From Squalus acanthias (Eukaryota), in contig CM059438.1 of assembly GCA_030390025.1 (NCBI GenBank), positions 65,970,001-66,034,000 on the forward strand: 64,000 nt of DNA, read 5' to 3'. Positions 61,530-64,000 of this stretch are shown piece after piece. Numbering within the stretch: position 1 is the stretch's first letter; each line of letters opens with the position of its first letter. The position numbers and the translations under genes were made by a program. The notes below the pieces were generated by a model. That model was not told the DNA's origin. It worked only from the letters and a program-made list of their open reading frames with translations, and ran no database searches.

Positions 61530-63840
61530 ATAAAATGTTTATACATCAATGCTGGAAGCATTCATAATAAATTAACCAAAATGAAGGCTATTATGCCAGT
61601 AGGGAACTATGATGAGCTGGGAATATCAGAAACATGGCTAAACCCAGCGCACAGAAATGAATATAATATTCAAAGAGTGTTGATATAGAGTTTTCAGAAA
61701 AGACCGAGTGGGCAGAAAAGGAAGGGTTGTAGCCTTATATGTCAGGGTGTAGGGGGTGGTGTGGTAGGGGTCAGCCTCACCTCTGACTCAGCGAGCGGTT
61801 CAAATCGCTCCCACAGCCCTGGTTCTGGACCTTGGACTTATTTGGGGGTTGTGAACAAAGATGCAGTAGACAACAGGTTCCGATGAAAGATTTTTGACTT
61901 TTATTAAAAAAAAGGGTAACAAATTTAAAATACACTTAACACTTAAACAGGTTGGGGAACACATGGTACAGGCGAGGGAGAATGACAATATACAAAAACC
62001 CTTATCCCTCCCAAAAATCCCACTATCTAGCTGGGTTTTGGTTTCAGGAGATCAGGGATAATGCTCACCAAATAGGGGTTTTGACAGTGCGAAATCCAGC
62101 CAGGTAAGTTGATTGCGATTTTGAGGTACTCTCTTTTTGTCCTTTGGGGCCTGCCGTCCCCACGTGGTACCGGTCTGTGAAATCTGCGATGGTGGTCTGG
62201 TCGTCGAGTTTTGTTGCGTTGGAGGCTTGTCGGGGCGGTACCTTCTGGGGCTGGACCGTGGGTTGAGTGATGCCGACTCGCTCCCAGCCTCCAGTGACCT
62301 TGGCTAGTGGCTGCTAGTGCTAGACTGTGTGCTGAGCGATGCCGACTCACTCCCAGTGGCCTCAGCTCTAGCCCTTGCCTGGCCTAGTCTGTCCTTGCCT
62401 CCGATCTCGCCCCGGGTCTGCCTTGTGGCCTTGCTGCTTCTCTCCTCCTCCTGCTCGTGTCGTGTGGCTGGTAGTGTCTTGCTGGAACTTGCTGCAACTG
62501 GAACAGAGCTGAGAGAGACTTTCTTGAGGGATTAGGCCCTCAATTATACTGTTCAGACCCTTTGTCTTTTTCATGCCAAAACCCCTTTCCTAAATCGGTT
62601 TCGTGTTGAAGTGATTTAGGTTTCAGTTGAGGCCTGTTCATTCCATTGTCTTAGTTTTGCGGGCTTGTTAAGTTTTGATGGTTTTAACTTGGTGTTAAAT
62701 TGTCCTGATGGCTTCCGATGTCTCCCATTTAGGCAGGGCCTTTATCTAAGTGCCAAATCTTGTCCCTATAGATACCTGGCTGATTGGTTCTTGATGAAGT
62801 AATGGCTGTACTAGATATTTTATTGTTTACAGGCTTCTGGCATCCTGTTTGGGCCTGGGGATATTCAAAAGGTGTCTTGAATTATTCAATTTTGGATGTG
62901 TTGTGAGGTTTTGGGTGAGGTTCTTCCTCTTGCCTGGATTGCAGTGCAAACAAATTCCAGACAGCTTGACTCCAAAAGCTGTCCACTGCCTCGCCACACC
63001 CCTTCGCAAAGGTGTTTTGTTCCCATAGTCATTTTCAAAAGTCATTTTTCCTCAGAGTTTTTCTTCCCTGATCTTTAAAATGTCCAAAACTGAGGTTTTT
63101 ACCTCAAATCACTTCACTTATGTCCCATCATCCCAAATTCATAGGAAAAATCCAAAAATCACCCCTTTTAGGGTTCTATACGAGTTTCTGGGGAATTTTG
63201 CGAAGCTTACAAGGGACAACTGGGAGGTAAATGAAGTTGATCCTGTGGGAGGAGGAAAATGACGTAATGAGCTACTCTGGTTAAACATCTCAAATATAGG
63301 GTATGCTACAAGGCCAGCAAGTCGACACAAGAAGGAGGACAGTTTTCTCTATGAAGGGTATGTGAGAACAGGAGAGTTATTTTAATCTTCAAGGAACCAA
63401 GTATAAATTTGGAACACTCAAGTGGTAGAGTCAGAGTTGGTCAATGTAATGTGTGGCTGCTTCAGTTCTCAGTGCATAAGGGAAGCCACAAGAGACGGTG
63501 CTCATCCTGCCCTGGTATTTATAAGTGGCGATGCACAGAAATTGTAGCACCTGGGGGGGGACAGCAATCGCAGAATGATGAAGCTTAATACGATCAGGGA
63601 TTCAGATATACCAAAGAGCATGAGTTAGGTGTACAACTTCAAAAGAGCTAAATTCAAAGACATAAAGGAGCAAATAAAGCAAAGGAGGATGTTTGGCAAT
63701 ATTTCAGTAGAGGATGAATGGAACACCCTTAAAGGAATAACGTTGAACATGCAGGACCAATGTGTATCTAAGATCAGCAGGCTCAGACTAAAGAAGCTTG
63801 ATCCAAATTTGATTAATCAGCAATTAAAAATGAAATATCA
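61530..63840 (+). mobile_element. Old CR1 endonuclease region split by an LTR
   Basis: IKCLYINAGSIHNKL, ISETWL and degenerate downstream APE motifs; the gtcaggg|acaac junction is restored on removing the LTR. Confidence 0.65.
61748..63211 (-). mobile_element. Large solo LTR (1464 bp)
   Basis: TGTA...TACA termini, perfect 4-bp TSD AGGG (61744-47, 63212-15), minus-strand AATAAA at ~61899-61904, TATA-like gtataattg at ~62541-62549. Confidence 0.82.
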
Positions 63841-63855
63841 AAATGTACGACTTTT

Positions 63856-64000
63856 TATAGAATCACAGAAATATACAGCACTGAAGGAAGTCATTTGGAC
63901 CATCCTGTCTGTGCCGGCTCTTTGAAAGAGCTATCCAACCAGTCCCACTCCCCTGCTCTTTACCGATAGCCCTGCAATATTTTCCCCTTCAAGTATTTAT
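63856..64000 (-). mobile_element. CR1 3' tail, runs off the window
   Basis: atagaatcacagaaatatacagcactgaaggaag...gccggctctttgaaagagctatcc. Confidence 0.8.

Noticed and set aside
20078..64000. Further BRINP1 coding exons
   Set aside because: No EFARWKVRN-like or later BRINP/MACPF peptide seen in the ORF track or by eye; a short exon without a start codon could have been missed, so tBLASTn with BRINP1 would be decisive.

Overview
Eukaryotic genomic DNA, almost certainly from a shark or other cartilaginous fish (HE1-type V-SINEs, Deu-domain SINEs, shark-type CR1 and L2 LINEs). The only host-gene coding sequence I recognise is the first coding exon of BRINP1 (DBC1/FAM5A) on the + strand: exon 19810-20077, CDS 19860-20077. 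The rest is most likely BRINP1 intron 1 and intron 2, packed with transposable elements: CR1, L2 and a second L2/CR1-group LINE, a Vingi-like fragment, Penelope-like elements, tRNA-derived SINEs, hAT, Tigger-like and PIF/Harbinger-like MITEs, and solo LTRs. Most notable observations: (1) a young CR1 whose uninterrupted ORF2 has no AUG ahead of the endonuclease and is joined to ORF1 by a U_UUA_AAC slippery heptamer in exactly the -1 frame; (2) four minimal hammerhead-ribozyme motifs in Penelope repeats, two on the BRINP1 sense strand; (3) a SINE head fused to a LINE body; (4) two uORFs in the 50-nt BRINP1 leader; (5) several nested or templated insertions. Family names come from recognition of motifs, not from database searches, and the boundaries of old repeats are approximate.
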